A stretch of DNA of 64,000 bases from Candidatus Aceula meridiana (GCA_030765185.1 JAVCDE010000024.1:379538-443537), one strand, 5' to 3'. Shown: positions 52,005 through 62,266, numbered from the stretch's first letter. A program made the numbers and translations. The notes: generated from the sequence alone by a model not told the origin.

Positions 52005-53168
52005 TTAAAGATATTTGTAAATACTTTTAAGGCCTTGAGCAAAAATCTTTGGCTCTGTCAAAAAACTAATAACAAGATGATGTCCTTGGTCAAAATCAAA
52101 AAAATAGCCCGGATGAACAAAAACATGGGCTTCTGCTAATAGAGCGAAAGCTAACTCCTCTTCACATACTTCTTCGCTCACCCGCAAAATACCGTACCAG
52201 CCTCCCTGCACTTTGAGTGGTATAGCAGAACAAGATTCAGGAAAGGTATCAAAAAAAACTTTCTGGTTTTCTCTTAACCGCTCCTTAATTGAATTTTGAA
52301 TAGCGGGTTTTAACGAAAACCATTTTCCCAAAGCGTTTTGAGAAGGCGTGTTAACTGACAAATATGTATCCGCGATAATCTCAAGACGCTTTAGAGCTTC
52401 TTGTGTCTGCGCCTCAGGCCCATTGACAGCAATCCAAGATAATTTCATCTGGGGGAGCCCTAAACTTTTTGAGAGCCCTCCTAAGGCAAACGTTAAAACT
52501 TTGCTGTTGGCAGCCAAGCTCGCGCATCGGCTCTTGCTCTCCTCTAAAGAATAATCGAGAAATACCTCATCGCAAATAATCGCTAAGTGATGTTTTCCGC
52601 AAAAAGCGTTGATTGCGGCTAATTCTTCACTTTGGAGATACGACCCGGTCGGATTGTTAGGGTGCACAAGAACAATAGCTTTTGTCTTTGGGCCAATGGC
52701 CCTCTCAATACTTAAAAGGTCAATACTCCATTGATCCTGATAGCAAAGTGAATAAAAATCCATCGCAGCATCATTAAGATTTCCTAAAAACTCAAATAAA
52801 GGATAGCTAGGTTTTGGCAATAAAAGATGGTCATCAGGATTTAAGAGCAAGCGAAATAAAAAAGAATAGCTCTCCGAACTGCTGGACGTAAGGACAATAT
52901 TTTCTTCGCTTAAGGAAATATTCCTCTTCTGATAATCTTGAGAAACAAGCTTTCGGGCTTTTGGGGAGCCAAAAGCTTGCGGCGCATAACCCATGTTCTC
53001 AGACAAGGAAAGGGCTTTTAAAATCTCTTCCTGAGGATAAACAAAACCACAGCGCGTCGGATTAGACACCGTTAAATCAAAAACAAAAGTTCCTTCGCTT
53101 TTAAATTTATCAAAAAGAGTAATGAGACGGTTAGGAGTTAGCGGCCAACCAGTGCGATTAGAAAACAT
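52005..53168 (-). CDS. PLP-dependent aminotransferase class I/II
   Basis: PNNPTG, DEVF.DY, GLSK..GLPQMKL.W. Confidence 0.9.
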   Translation of the reverse strand: MFSNRTGWPLTPNRLITLFDKFKSEGTFVFDLTVSNPTRCGFVYPQEEILKALSLSENMGYAPQAFGSPKARKLVSQDYQKRNISLSEENIVLTSSSSESYSFLFRLLLNPDDHLLLPKPSYPLFEFLGNLNDAAMDFYSLCYQDQWSIDLLSIERAIGPKTKAIVLVHPNNPTGSYLQSEELAAINAFCGKHHLAIICDEVFLDYSLEESKSRCASLAANSKVLTFALGGLSKSLGLPQMKLSWIAVNGPEAQTQEALKRLEIIADTYLSVNTPSQNALGKWFSLKPAIQNSIKERLRENQKVFFDTFPESCSAIPLKVQGGWYGILRVSEEVCEEELAFALLAEAHVFVHPGYFFDFDQGHHLVISFLTEPKIFAQGLKSIYKYL

Positions 53169-53178
53169 AAAGAAAAGA

Positions 53179-53883
53179 CTATCTTCTCCAGTCTTTTTTG
53201 AGTTTTTCGACTTCTTTTTCTTTTTCCTTAAAAGCTTTTTCTATCTTTTCAAATTCAGACTTAGCAATCCATTGACTACCTTCTTCATTTTTCTTAGCAG
53301 CTTCACGGGCAAGGTCGTGGTTGGCTTTTTTAAGGTCATCGATTTCTTCTTTTAAAGTACGAATCGTAAAATCAAGATGAGTCGTTTTTAAAATGTATTC
53401 TTTTTTCTCTTTGTTCAGTCTATCAAAATCTTTTTTAAAATCCTTTTTTTCCCGCTCAGCGGCAAGCCTTAAGGAATATTCTTTTTCACTCTCGGTTTGG
53501 GCGCGGACGAGGTCCATTTTTATCTGCCTCATTTCTTTGGTGCGCCGGTCAAGATTCGACTCTTGCTCAGAAAACCATTTCTTTTCACGCTTGAGCTTAT
53601 CTTCAATCCGCACATTCTTGTCTTTCTCTTCTTTTAAATTCAGCAAAAGCTTCTTTTCTTGCTGATTCTTACGCTCAATCTCTTTCTTGAACCCTTGGAT
53701 ACGGTCTCTTAAGGCAAAGGCGGTTTCCTGCCATTTTTTCTCACCCTTAGAAAGTTCTTCCTCTTGTGTCTTTTTCTTTTTCTTTTTACGCCTCTTTTCT
53801 TCTGACGGAAAGAAAAAAATAAGAACAGCAAAAATAACAGCAACAAAAACGCCTAATAAAACAAGAAGATCTTTCGTGGGCAT
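53179..53883 (-). CDS. Membrane-anchored coiled-coil protein, function unknown
   Basis: N-terminal TM, poly-K, long K/E-rich heptads; AGGAG RBS. Confidence 0.75.
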   Translation of the reverse strand: MPTKDLLVLLGVFVAVIFAVLIFFFPSEEKRRKKKKKKTQEEELSKGEKKWQETAFALRDRIQGFKKEIERKNQQEKKLLLNLKEEKDKNVRIEDKLKREKKWFSEQESNLDRRTKEMRQIKMDLVRAQTESEKEYSLRLAAEREKKDFKKDFDRLNKEKKEYILKTTHLDFTIRTLKEEIDDLKKANHDLAREAAKKNEEGSQWIAKSEFEKIEKAFKEKEKEVEKLKKDWRR

Positions 53884-53974
53884 AAAACTCCTTTTTGACC
53901 AAATTCTAAAAACTTCCTTACTATTTATTATACTGAAAAGGCTCTAAAATCAATATAAAAAGTTCTTTTAAAAC

Positions 53975-54023
53975 GAAACCCCGCTTACGCTTACCACAAA
54001 AAAGGCAAACGAAACGGGGTTTC
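53975..54023. terminator. Stem-loop GAAACCCCG...CGGGGTTTC
   Basis: 9-bp perfect inverted repeat with extendable inner pairing; followed by GTTTT on the minus strand. Confidence 0.5.
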
Positions 54024-54170
54024 AGCCGAGAAAATATTATAACATTACTATAAAAGAACGATCCAACTACTCAAAGGATATCATATTTAAACAAGAAGAC
54101 AAGACCTTAAAGGCCTTGTCCAGAAAACGCTTCCTTTAAAAAGGAATAAACTTAAAATTATCGTTTGTTT

Positions 54171-54413
54171 TTATTCAGCAGGTTGACCAGCTTGAGATAT
54201 TTCTGCAGCTGCCCGTCTTAACAAAACCATCGTTGAAAGAAGTTTTTGCTCTCTGTCCTCTAAAGATGCCCTTAATCCATAAATAGCTGAGTTTTGAGTG
54301 CTTAAAGTTCTCTGCTGCTGGCTGGCGAATGTAGCCAAGGCAATGATCAAAATCATTTGGACAAGAACAATAACTTGCCAAATCTTTAATTTCTTATTCA
54401 AGTCTTCTTTCAT
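54171..54413 (-). CDS. Small membrane protein with coiled coil
   Basis: GGGGAG RBS, one TM (IWQVIVLVQMILIIALA), heptad tail. Confidence 0.65.
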   Translation of the reverse strand: MKEDLNKKLKIWQVIVLVQMILIIALATFASQQQRTLSTQNSAIYGLRASLEDREQKLLSTMVLLRRAAAEISQAGQPAE

Positions 54414-54489
54414 CTGCTCCCCTTTCGGTTAATAAATAATCGTAATGGTCATTATACTCTATCGCTTTAAAAACACAACTGATTCTTTC

Positions 54490-56604
54490 TTAAGCCACTG
54501 CGCTCTCATGATGAGAATCACGTAAAAACAAAACAGAAGTTTCAATCTCTTGAGAAATCTTACGGATAAGTCCAATGTCTGGAACTTCCGGCATGCCAAA
54601 GATATCAATATCAGCTTTAGGCGCCTGCATGAGAACATCTGGAAATTTTCCGACCAAAACCTGAATATCAACATCTGCAGGAAAACGCATCAAGTCGCCT
54701 AACCGCGAAAGATAAGCAACAGACTCATCAATTTCCTCTTTTACGTCTACAATTTGAACAAGACGAATGCGCCCATCCCAATTCTTCTGAAGCTGAATTG
54801 CCGTTAAAATCGATAGGTCAAGATTCGGACTTCCTTTTCGGATCCACAAGTTAATTTGCTTGAGATCGTCGGAAAGCTCTGCCTTCCCCTGCTGAAGAAT
54901 CACAATTCCTAACTTCTCTAGGCAGGTCTGTTTAATCATTTCAATGATGCTCTGATCTCGCGCCTCGTCTTTCGGTAAAATATAAAACAAAATATTTGGA
55001 GGAAAATGCGTTCCCTTGAGTGTTTGCAGAATTGTTTTTACTCCCTTTAAGCTATCAGCACCCTCGACATTAATAGCTTCTGAAAAAATTCCTTCCTGTT
55101 TAAATTCCTCAATAGATTCATTCAGCTCCTTTGACAAGCTCTCAGTTACTTTAGGAACAATGCGAAAAACCGCTAGCCGTCCGCTTGGGCTGACAATCGC
55201 GAGAAGAACCCCAAAGGCTTTAGCAAAATTTTTAATATCTTCGACGGCCACCACAACATTCGGTTTCCAAATTTTTGGATAATAAGGAAGCTTTGCCGCT
55301 GCCTTGGCCATCTGCTCAGAAAGAAAAATAAGAAGACCACTTCGAACATCCGGAGAATAGCGTTCTGTTTCTCGCCGGATAAGGCCGATGTAAAGCAAAA
55401 TGATAACAAGCCAGGCAACCAAGCTAAACATTGGGTTAATGAGAAACATGACAACAAGGCATCCAACCCACCCTAAGAAAGAAATAATTCTTGGGACATT
55501 AAACGAAGGACGAAAACTTGTAATTCCGATGGTTTGTTCAACAAAAACAGAAAAATTAATCAACCCGTAAGTGATTAAGAAAAACATTGTCAAAAGAGTC
55601 GCCACTTGGTTAAGAGTTCCCATCAAAAGCGTAATCAAAGCAATAAGAGCTGTCAAAAGAATCGCAGCGGTAGGCTCGTTTCTCTGATTGCGGTGAACAA
55701 AAAATCTTGATAAAGGAAGTGTGTCACTCTGGCTTAATGCGAACAGTGTTCTTGGCGCGGTCACGCACATATTCAGAGCCGAAGAAAGTGTGGCTCCCAT
55801 AATCCCAGCAATAACAAAAGATGGCCAGCGCCCCATATCAATAACAATATTTGTATTGTTCACAAGGGCTTGAGGTGTGGCACTTTTTGCAAACCAAAAA
55901 GCTAAAGCAACGTAAGCGATAATACTGACACCAACCGCCGCTAATGTTCCGTTAGGAATATTCTTTTTAGGCTCGTTAAGCTCCCCGGACATCGAAAGAC
56001 CGGCCATAAATCCTGTAACCGCCGGAAAGAAAACAGCAAAGGCCTCAAAAAAACTTCCTGACGAAACGGCAACAGCACTAAAATCTTGCGCCGGCGCAGC
56101 ACCGGAAGTCTTTCCTAAAAAAATCGAAATAAAAGACAAACCCACAATAACCAAGACCACATATTGAATACGGAAAGCTAATCGAGCGCTATAGTAGGAA
56201 ACCATCAAAACTCCTATCCAGGCGATAAGGCAAACCAATAAAAAACTATGCATCGGAAAAACATACTTCCAGCATTCAGCAAAACCCACAATATAAAAAG
56301 CAACAGAAATGGCTTGCGCTAAATAAAGCGGCAAACCAATAGCTCCACCGGCTTCAAGTCCTAAAGATTTTGTGATGATGGAATAGGCTCCGCCATGGCC
56401 AATGCGGATATTGGTAACAATCGAGGATACAGAAAGGCCTGTTGAAAGACTGATAAAATTACTAAGAGCGATAATAGAAATAGCCGCAGCAATCCCAACG
56501 CTGCCAACAACCCAGCTTAAGCGCAAATACATAATAACGCCAAAAATGCTTAAAAGGCTAGGGATAAAAACACCTTCAAAAGTTCCAAAACGCTTTGAGG
56601 ACAT
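54490..56604 (-). CDS. APC-superfamily cation-chloride cotransporter-like (SLC12) permease
   Basis: FGTFEGVF.P, GVIMYLRL.W.VG, GGAY.II..SLG.E.GG.IG, FFPAVTG..AG, W.PN, cytoplasmic C-domain; ATG 56604 behind AAGGAG. Confidence 0.88.
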   Translation of the reverse strand: MSSKRFGTFEGVFIPSLLSIFGVIMYLRLSWVVGSVGIAAAISIIALSNFISLSTGLSVSSIVTNIRIGHGGAYSIITKSLGLEAGGAIGLPLYLAQAISVAFYIVGFAECWKYVFPMHSFLLVCLIAWIGVLMVSYYSARLAFRIQYVVLVIVGLSFISIFLGKTSGAAPAQDFSAVAVSSGSFFEAFAVFFPAVTGFMAGLSMSGELNEPKKNIPNGTLAAVGVSIIAYVALAFWFAKSATPQALVNNTNIVIDMGRWPSFVIAGIMGATLSSALNMCVTAPRTLFALSQSDTLPLSRFFVHRNQRNEPTAAILLTALIALITLLMGTLNQVATLLTMFFLITYGLINFSVFVEQTIGITSFRPSFNVPRIISFLGWVGCLVVMFLINPMFSLVAWLVIILLYIGLIRRETERYSPDVRSGLLIFLSEQMAKAAAKLPYYPKIWKPNVVVAVEDIKNFAKAFGVLLAIVSPSGRLAVFRIVPKVTESLSKELNESIEEFKQEGIFSEAINVEGADSLKGVKTILQTLKGTHFPPNILFYILPKDEARDQSIIEMIKQTCLEKLGIVILQQGKAELSDDLKQINLWIRKGSPNLDLSILTAIQLQKNWDGRIRLVQIVDVKEEIDESVAYLSRLGDLMRFPADVDIQVLVGKFPDVLMQAPKADIDIFGMPEVPDIGLIRKISQEIETSVLFLRDSHHESAVA

Positions 56605-56664
56605 ATCGTCTCCTTTTTCAGGTATCATCTTATCGCAGATTTTATAAAAATTCTACTTTTAAAA

Positions 56665-56700
56665 TAAAAAAAACCCGCCGTTGCTACAGTGGCGGGCTTT
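56665..56700 (-). terminator. Intrinsic terminator after the Spy-like gene
   Basis: AAAGCCCGCC-loop-GGCGGGTTTTTTTT on the minus strand. Confidence 0.8.
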
Positions 56701-56732
56701 TAAAAATTAAATTTTAAAATACTTCTTATCCT

Positions 56733-57224
56733 TTAAGGGCGGTCGCTTTCCTCCTCTTCAGCTCCTGAGAATTTACGACGGCCTCCTTTTTTTCCTTTTC
56801 TATCATGACGAGCCTTTTTCATTTTCTCGGAAAACTGAACATATTGTTCAGGCGTTAAAACTGAACGCAGATAGGAAACCCCATCAATGCGCAAATCCGA
56901 AAGCTGTCCCTTAAAAGCTTGAATTTCTCCCGAAATCTGGCGTGCCTGCGCCTCATCAAAATTAGGATCCTGCAACATAGCCTTCAGTTCTTCTTTCTTC
57001 TGCTTTACAGCACTTTGAATTTCTTTCCGCTTCTGCTTTGTTTGCTGACGGTGCTCTTTAAGCGCTTGCTGCTGCTCAGGTGTGAGATTAAGACTCTGGA
57101 TAAAATTCTCATGATGCTTCCCCTTGTTTTTTTCGTGACTCCCTTCCTTCTCTCCCCATCCAGCATAAGCTAGCTGAGAAAAAAGGAACAATCCTAAAAC
57201 AGTTAGTAGTGCAACTTTTTTCAT
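56733..57224 (-). CDS. Spy/CpxP family periplasmic chaperone
   Basis: Signal peptide; two LTPEQ motifs. Confidence 0.88.
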   Translation of the reverse strand: MKKVALLTVLGLFLFSQLAYAGWGEKEGSHEKNKGKHHENFIQSLNLTPEQQQALKEHRQQTKQKRKEIQSAVKQKKEELKAMLQDPNFDEAQARQISGEIQAFKGQLSDLRIDGVSYLRSVLTPEQYVQFSEKMKKARHDRKGKKGGRRKFSGAEEEESDRP

Positions 57225-57248
57225 AATCCATTTCCTCCTTTCACCCTC

Positions 57249-57277
57249 TTAGACAACGAGAGTAGCCAAAAAGTTCC
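57249..57277 (-). promoter_or_regulatory. ECF (sigmaE-type) promoter upstream of the spy-like gene
   Basis: GGAACTT-N16-GTCTAA. Confidence 0.75.
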
Positions 57278-57283
57278 TTATGT

Positions 57284-57760
57284 TTACAAAAAATATTCAT
57301 CAACCCAAGTATCGCTTAGCCCTACGTCAGTTTGATCGTCAGAATAAACAAGGTATTCAAACTGTTCATTCAAATAATCATTAGCTGCCGTTTGTGTTTG
57401 CCATGCAGGAATTTTAACAACCGCAACAAGCAAAAGAATAGTTGCAGCAACCGTCGAAAGAGCAAAAACCGGCTTGTGTGCAGCAAAGGTACCCGACAAA
57501 GCATCCCATGCTTTTTGGATAAGACTTTCCTGCCGATGTTTTTCAATAGCACCCTCAATCTTATTCCATAAATGGTCAGGAGCTTTTATAGGCTGCACAC
57601 TCTCGAAAGGATTTTTCAAAACCTCCTTAGCCTCTGCGGCAAATTCTCGGCAAGCCGTGCATTGGGTTAAATGCTCCTCAATACTTTGCTTTTGCTCTTT
57701 GGAAACCTGATCGTCTAAATAATCCGTTAAAACAAGCTCTTTAATTTGTTTACACTTCAT
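57284..57760 (-). CDS. Zinc-binding anti-sigma factor (ZAS, zf-HC2) with TM
   Basis: HLTQCTAC HxxxCxxC motif, single TM; coupled to the ECF sigma gene. Confidence 0.88.
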   Translation of the reverse strand: MKCKQIKELVLTDYLDDQVSKEQKQSIEEHLTQCTACREFAAEAKEVLKNPFESVQPIKAPDHLWNKIEGAIEKHRQESLIQKAWDALSGTFAAHKPVFALSTVAATILLLVAVVKIPAWQTQTAANDYLNEQFEYLVYSDDQTDVGLSDTWVDEYFL

Positions 57761-58298
57761 AAGGCACGACCTCCTTTCTTAAACTTAAGAGTTTTTCGCG
57801 GGCACGCTTTAAACGCGTGCGTACCGTATTGATATTAATTTTTAAAGATTGCGCGATTTCTTCGTAGCTTAATCCTTCAATGTTTCGCAGAATCATACAT
57901 ATCTTTTGATCATCATTTAAAACAGAAAGCAGCTTGTTCACGCGATCTTGAATTTCTTCATCCGGCGAAGATGGCAACGGCGAAGCAAATTTCTCAATTC
58001 CAACTTCATCAAGAGAAACCGGTGTTTTGAGATGTTTTCTTTTTTGATAATTAATCGTCGTGTTAATTGTGATGCGGTAAATCCATGTTTTCAAAGAGGA
58101 ACGCCGTTCAAAATTCTTTAAACTCTTATGAACCTTCAAAAAAACATCCTGCGTAATCTCCTCGGCATCCTCGTTGTTCCCGGACATCCGCCATGAAATG
58201 CTGTAGACAAAATTACAAAAGGTACGATAGATCTCCTCAAAGGCATATAAATCGCCCTGGGCGGCCTTGGTAATTGTCTCAAGCGCAACAGGCTTCAT
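57750..58298 (-). CDS. ECF RNA polymerase sigma factor
   Basis: DAEEITQDVF, KTWIYRI..N, GLSYEEIA..L.I...TVRTRL.RAR. Confidence 0.93.
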   Translation of the reverse strand: MKPVALETITKAAQGDLYAFEEIYRTFCNFVYSISWRMSGNNEDAEEITQDVFLKVHKSLKNFERRSSLKTWIYRITINTTINYQKRKHLKTPVSLDEVGIEKFASPLPSSPDEEIQDRVNKLLSVLNDDQKICMILRNIEGLSYEEIAQSLKININTVRTRLKRAREKLLSLRKEVVPYEV

Positions 58299-58315
58299 TT
58301 CCTACCTCCACTCTT

Positions 58316-58344
58316 TTAGACATCTTAAAAAGTAAAAAAGTTTC
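58316..58344 (-). promoter_or_regulatory. ECF autoregulatory promoter upstream of the sigma gene
   Basis: GAAACTT-N16-GTCTAA, same architecture as 57249-57277. Confidence 0.75.
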
Positions 58345-58358
58345 ATAAATTAAGAGTA

Positions 58359-58778
58359 TTATTGTCCTAAGAGCCAATTTTCAATCTTGGCCTTAATCTG
58401 GTCGCGGATTATCCTTATATTATTAAGTTTTTCTTGGTCTAAGCCTTGCAACTGGGATGGATCTTGAAAGCCCCAATGCAACCTTTGGGCACTACCGGGA
58501 AAGGTTGGACACTTTTCTGCGCTGGCCTCATCACAGACAGTGATGACATAGTCATACTGCTTTCCATTCTTGAGAATGTCAGAAACACTTTGCGTTTTTT
58601 TGCCGGCAATATCAACACCCAGGTCTTTTAAGGCCTCAACAACCAAAGGATTTAGTTCCCCAGGCTCAAGCCCTGCGCTTGCCACTTCAAATTTATCCGG
58701 AGATAGTAAACGTAAAATTTCCTCAGCCATCTGACTTCGAGCAGAATTGTGGATACAGATAAAAAGAACTTTCTTCAT
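58359..58778 (-). CDS. arsC: Arsenate reductase (thioredoxin-type, LMW-PTP fold)
   Basis: [15 protein letters not shown]....CP.FP, HW.F.DP. Confidence 0.9.
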   Translation of the reverse strand: MKKVLFICIHNSARSQMAEEILRLLSPDKFEVASAGLEPGELNPLVVEALKDLGVDIAGKKTQSVSDILKNGKQYDYVITVCDEASAEKCPTFPGSAQRLHWGFQDPSQLQGLDQEKLNNIRIIRDQIKAKIENWLLGQ

Positions 58779-59746
58779 TTCAGAGGGGCCATTAAAATAT
58801 TCTGCAGAAAATTAAAAAGATATCCTGTAAAAATAATTCCTAAGGTTGTGATGCCGAAAAAAATGGCAATCAGCTTCAATTTCATTGCTCGCCTCAGGAT
58901 GACAGCCTCAGGAAAGCTTAAAGCGCTTATGGCCATCATAAAAGCCAACGCAGTTCCTAAAGGTACCCCCTTGCGGAATAATGCAACCGCAATCGGCACA
59001 ATAGCCGCGCAGCTGCCATACATCGGCACCCCTAAAGCCGTTGCCAACGGCACAGAGAAAATTCCTGTCTTGTTAATAACTGAGAGGATAACCTCTCTTG
59101 GGACATAATTGTGAATAACAGCGCCAATGCCAACACCAACAAGAATCCAAATCCATAATTTTTTTAAAATGGAAATTGACTCATCTAAACCAAATCTAAC
59201 TCTTTCGCGAATGCTGTTATACGTTGGCTGTTTCTCCTCACCGCCCTCATTTCCTATAATATCTTTTTCGAGATACCTTTCTAAATTCATTTTTCCTGCA
59301 AGTATTCCCACCAAGACTCCGATAGTCATTCCGCTTGCAACATAAAGTACTGTTATTTTCCAACCAAAAAAACCAAGCATCAAAACTACCAAGTATTCAT
59401 TAATTAAGGGCGATGTAATTAAGAAAGAAAACATAACTCCGACGGGGATTCCAATGCGCACAAAACTTAAAAAGATTGGGATTGAGGAGCACGAGCAAAA
59501 CGGCGTGAGTGCTCCAAAAAGCGCCGCGTAAAAATTAGAAAAAATTTTCTGCTGGGTAAGCCATCGTTTTAACCTTTGCTGATCTAAAAAACTCCGAAAA
59601 AATCCCAATACAGATATCATCACAAAAAGCAAAAGGAAAATTTTTACCGTATCATACAAAAAGAAATGGATGGCTCCGGTTAGATGAGACTCCGGGTTGA
59701 GCTTTAGTAACGAATAAACAAACCAATCAATAGACCCTAACAACAT
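58775..59746 (-). CDS. ArsP/DUF318 permease
   Basis: [39 protein letters not shown]. Confidence 0.9.
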   Translation of the reverse strand: MLLGSIDWFVYSLLKLNPESHLTGAIHFFLYDTVKIFLLLFVMISVLGFFRSFLDQQRLKRWLTQQKIFSNFYAALFGALTPFCSCSSIPIFLSFVRIGIPVGVMFSFLITSPLINEYLVVLMLGFFGWKITVLYVASGMTIGVLVGILAGKMNLERYLEKDIIGNEGGEEKQPTYNSIRERVRFGLDESISILKKLWIWILVGVGIGAVIHNYVPREVILSVINKTGIFSVPLATALGVPMYGSCAAIVPIAVALFRKGVPLGTALAFMMAISALSFPEAVILRRAMKLKLIAIFFGITTLGIIFTGYLFNFLQNILMAPLK

Positions 59747-59883
59747 GATTTTTTCTTCTCCCCGCTCTTAGAGCAGCATGGTTTTTCTTTGGCTTTCTCT
59801 TTTAAATTCTCATCAAGCTTATTAAAAAAATTTTTAAAAAACTTTGTAATTAGGTTTTGTTTTTTTGCACAGCATTCTGACAT
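59737..59883 (-). CDS. Small protein with three vicinal Cys pairs, 48 aa (not in ORF track)
   Basis: GGAGG RBS; [48 protein letters not shown]; stop overlaps the permease start. Confidence 0.78.
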   Translation of the reverse strand: MSECCAKKQNLITKFFKNFFNKLDENLKEKAKEKPCCSKSGEKKKSCC

Positions 59884-60025
59884 GGGTATTCCCTCCTTTT
59901 AGTGTTCCCTCATGCTAGAATCAAAACGAAGAGCTGTCAACTTCTTTCTCGTGCAAACCCTCATGAAATCATCTGGACAACATGAAAAAATCGCTTATAA
60001 TAAAAACAATAAAAAAGGAGGAGTT

Positions 60026-60493
60026 ATGAAAAAGGGTTCATTCTTTATCATCATCTGTTTTTTGTTTAGTCTTGCCGCTAGCGGCTGTGCAACAACCGGC
60101 TCACAAGCCAATATCGATAATCTTTCAAACCGAGTTCACATTCTTGAAGATACGCTTCGCAGTAAGGACCACGAAATCAATAAGCTAGAAAAACAAATCA
60201 ATACCCTCTCTCGAGATATCAGTGCAAAGGATAAAACCATCCGCGACTTAACACCAGCACCAAAACCAATTACAAAAACTGACGATCACCTCGGCGTGAT
60301 TCGCGTGGATGCAACTGTTGAAGATGTTCAAAATGCCCTTAAAAGTACAGGTTACTATAATGGAAATGTTGATGGAAAGCTTGGTCCTTTGACAATTAGT
60401 GCAATTGCAGATTTTCAAAAAGAAAATGGCCTTACCTCCGATAGCGTTGTCGGCAAGCAAACATGGGACAAGCTTAAAAGTTATCGCCCCTAA
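60026..60493 (+). CDS. Lipoprotein with coiled coil and C-terminal peptidoglycan-binding domain
   Basis: AGGAGG RBS; lipobox ASGC; VQ.AL...GYY.G.VDG..G..T..AI..FQ...GL..D..VG..TW. Confidence 0.88.
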   Translation: MKKGSFFIIICFLFSLAASGCATTGSQANIDNLSNRVHILEDTLRSKDHEINKLEKQINTLSRDISAKDKTIRDLTPAPKPITKTDDHLGVIRVDATVEDVQNALKSTGYYNGNVDGKLGPLTISAIADFQKENGLTSDSVVGKQTWDKLKSYRP

Positions 60494-60534
60494 CAGGCAT
60501 AACTTGTTTATTTTCAATAACTTTAGAGTGGAGT

Positions 60535-60572
60535 GAAAAACCCATAAATTCCAATAATTTATGGGTTTTTTC
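60535..60572. terminator. Bidirectional intrinsic terminator
   Basis: AAAAACCCATAAATT-loop-AATTTATGGGTTTTTT between convergent genes. Confidence 0.78.
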
Positions 60573-60664
60573 TATATAATTCGAGATTCTTACTAAAAAG
60601 TGGAGCATTCTTCCATTCATCATAGCACTATTTTTAACTTAAAAATGACAAAAAATTAATAAAA

Positions 60665-61111
60665 CTATCGAATAAGGATAGCGTCTGGGTCCTCTAGAGG
60701 ACTTGATAAGTCAGAAGGTTTTGGAGGCAAAACTGGTGCAGGCGGACTTGAAGCCTCTGGCTTTTCACCTTTGATAACTTTGATTTCTTCTTTAAGCTCT
60801 TCAATAGTTGCAGTCACCTCATCAAAGCGTTTTCTCATTTCTTCAAAATGACGGGACATATATTCTTTTTGGCCTTCCACAATAATCTGAGCGCCTACCT
60901 TACGAAGTTTTGATCCTTTAGGAACAATAAGCTTGTATCCTCCTGTAACAGCAACAACCTCCATGCCTTCCGGAACATCTTGGGGAGAATACTCCTCATA
61001 CACTGGCTGTTTTTCCTCTGGAGCCTTCTGAGAAACATCTTGAGCACAAACGACTAAAGGTAAAAACCCAATAGTAACACTAACAAAAAAGGCAAAAAAC
61101 ATCTTTTTCAT
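60665..61111 (-). CDS. Hypothetical exported protein
   Basis: Signal peptide, short coiled coil, Pro-rich tail. Confidence 0.7.
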   Translation of the reverse strand: MKKMFFAFFVSVTIGFLPLVVCAQDVSQKAPEEKQPVYEEYSPQDVPEGMEVVAVTGGYKLIVPKGSKLRKVGAQIIVEGQKEYMSRHFEEMRKRFDEVTATIEELKEEIKVIKGEKPEASSPPAPVLPPKPSDLSSPLEDPDAILIR

Positions 61112-61249
61112 AATTAAGGATCCCTAAAATATTTAAATTAAAAGTTAAAATAATTTAATATTATACTCTTTAGGAGAAATTTGTCCACATCTTCAAAGTG
61201 TCCCAAAATGTCTTGACTTAGGATACGAAACTCATTATTCTAATTCTTA

Positions 61250-62266
61250 ATGGAAACATCACCTCGTGAACACAGAGTCTTATTGTCTTGTCTCGTTATT
61301 CTGACTGCCATAGCTGTGGCTTTTTCTTTAGCCTGGTTGCGTCCTATGATGGTTCCTTTTGTTTTGGCAATCTTTGTTGTTTTGATGCTAACGCCAGCTA
61401 TTGATTTCCAAAGACGTTTTCTAAAAATCCCTCATCCTCTCGCTGTTTTGATTACCTTTTTCTTAGGCGTTATTATTGTCTTTGTATTCTACCTGCTCAT
61501 TTCAAGCTCAATTGTCCAAATCGCGCCTTATGTTGATTCCTATGACTCACGCATCAAAGATGTTTTAGGAAAACTTATGACAACGCTGCCCCTTGAAAAG
61601 CTTGGAATAGACGGGCAATCACTCCTAAGCCCTATTGTCGAAAATGCTACAAAGACAGCTGGCTTTGTGGTCAAAAGCATCCTCTCCGTTATACTGGGGA
61701 TTCTTTCGAGCACGGTCCTTGTTCTTATTTTTGTTTTATTCTTGCTTTTGGGAAGGCCTTCGCGTTCTCATCAGAACGAAACATGGCAAAAAGGTGAAGC
61801 AAAAATAAAACACTATATCTCGACTAAATTCTTCCTGTCTGTTTTCTTAGGAATTATGGTGGGTTCGATTTTAAAACTTTTAGGTGTTGATATGGCTTTG
61901 ATTTTTGGCGTAGCCGCGTTTATCTTAAATTTTATCCCTACCATAGGGCCGGTTATTGCAACACTCTTGCCCCTACCGGTTGTCATGTTTAATTCCAACA
62001 TATCGCTAGCAGCGGGGGTTTCCGCAATTGTAATCCCTGGCATCCTTCAGTTTATTTTTGGTAATGTTGTCGAACCAAAAATCCTAGGCGATTCTTTAGA
62101 TATTCATCCTGTCGTTGTCTTAATGGCGCTTATTTTTTGGGGAATGCTCTGGGGAATTCTCGGAATGTTTCTCGCCATCCCTTTAACAGCCGTTATAAAA
62201 CTCATCTTAGAAGAGTTTGACCAAACCAAGCCCATTGCCAATTTAATGGCTGGCCACCTCAGCTAA
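61250..62266 (+). CDS. AI-2E family transporter
   Basis: PFVLAIF...L.P, LNFIP.IG, GN..EPK..G..L..HP, WG.LWG..GM.LA.PL. Confidence 0.92.
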   Translation: METSPREHRVLLSCLVILTAIAVAFSLAWLRPMMVPFVLAIFVVLMLTPAIDFQRRFLKIPHPLAVLITFFLGVIIVFVFYLLISSSIVQIAPYVDSYDSRIKDVLGKLMTTLPLEKLGIDGQSLLSPIVENATKTAGFVVKSILSVILGILSSTVLVLIFVLFLLLGRPSRSHQNETWQKGEAKIKHYISTKFFLSVFLGIMVGSILKLLGVDMALIFGVAAFILNFIPTIGPVIATLLPLPVVMFNSNISLAAGVSAIVIPGILQFIFGNVVEPKILGDSLDIHPVVVLMALIFWGMLWGILGMFLAIPLTAVIKLILEEFDQTKPIANLMAGHLS

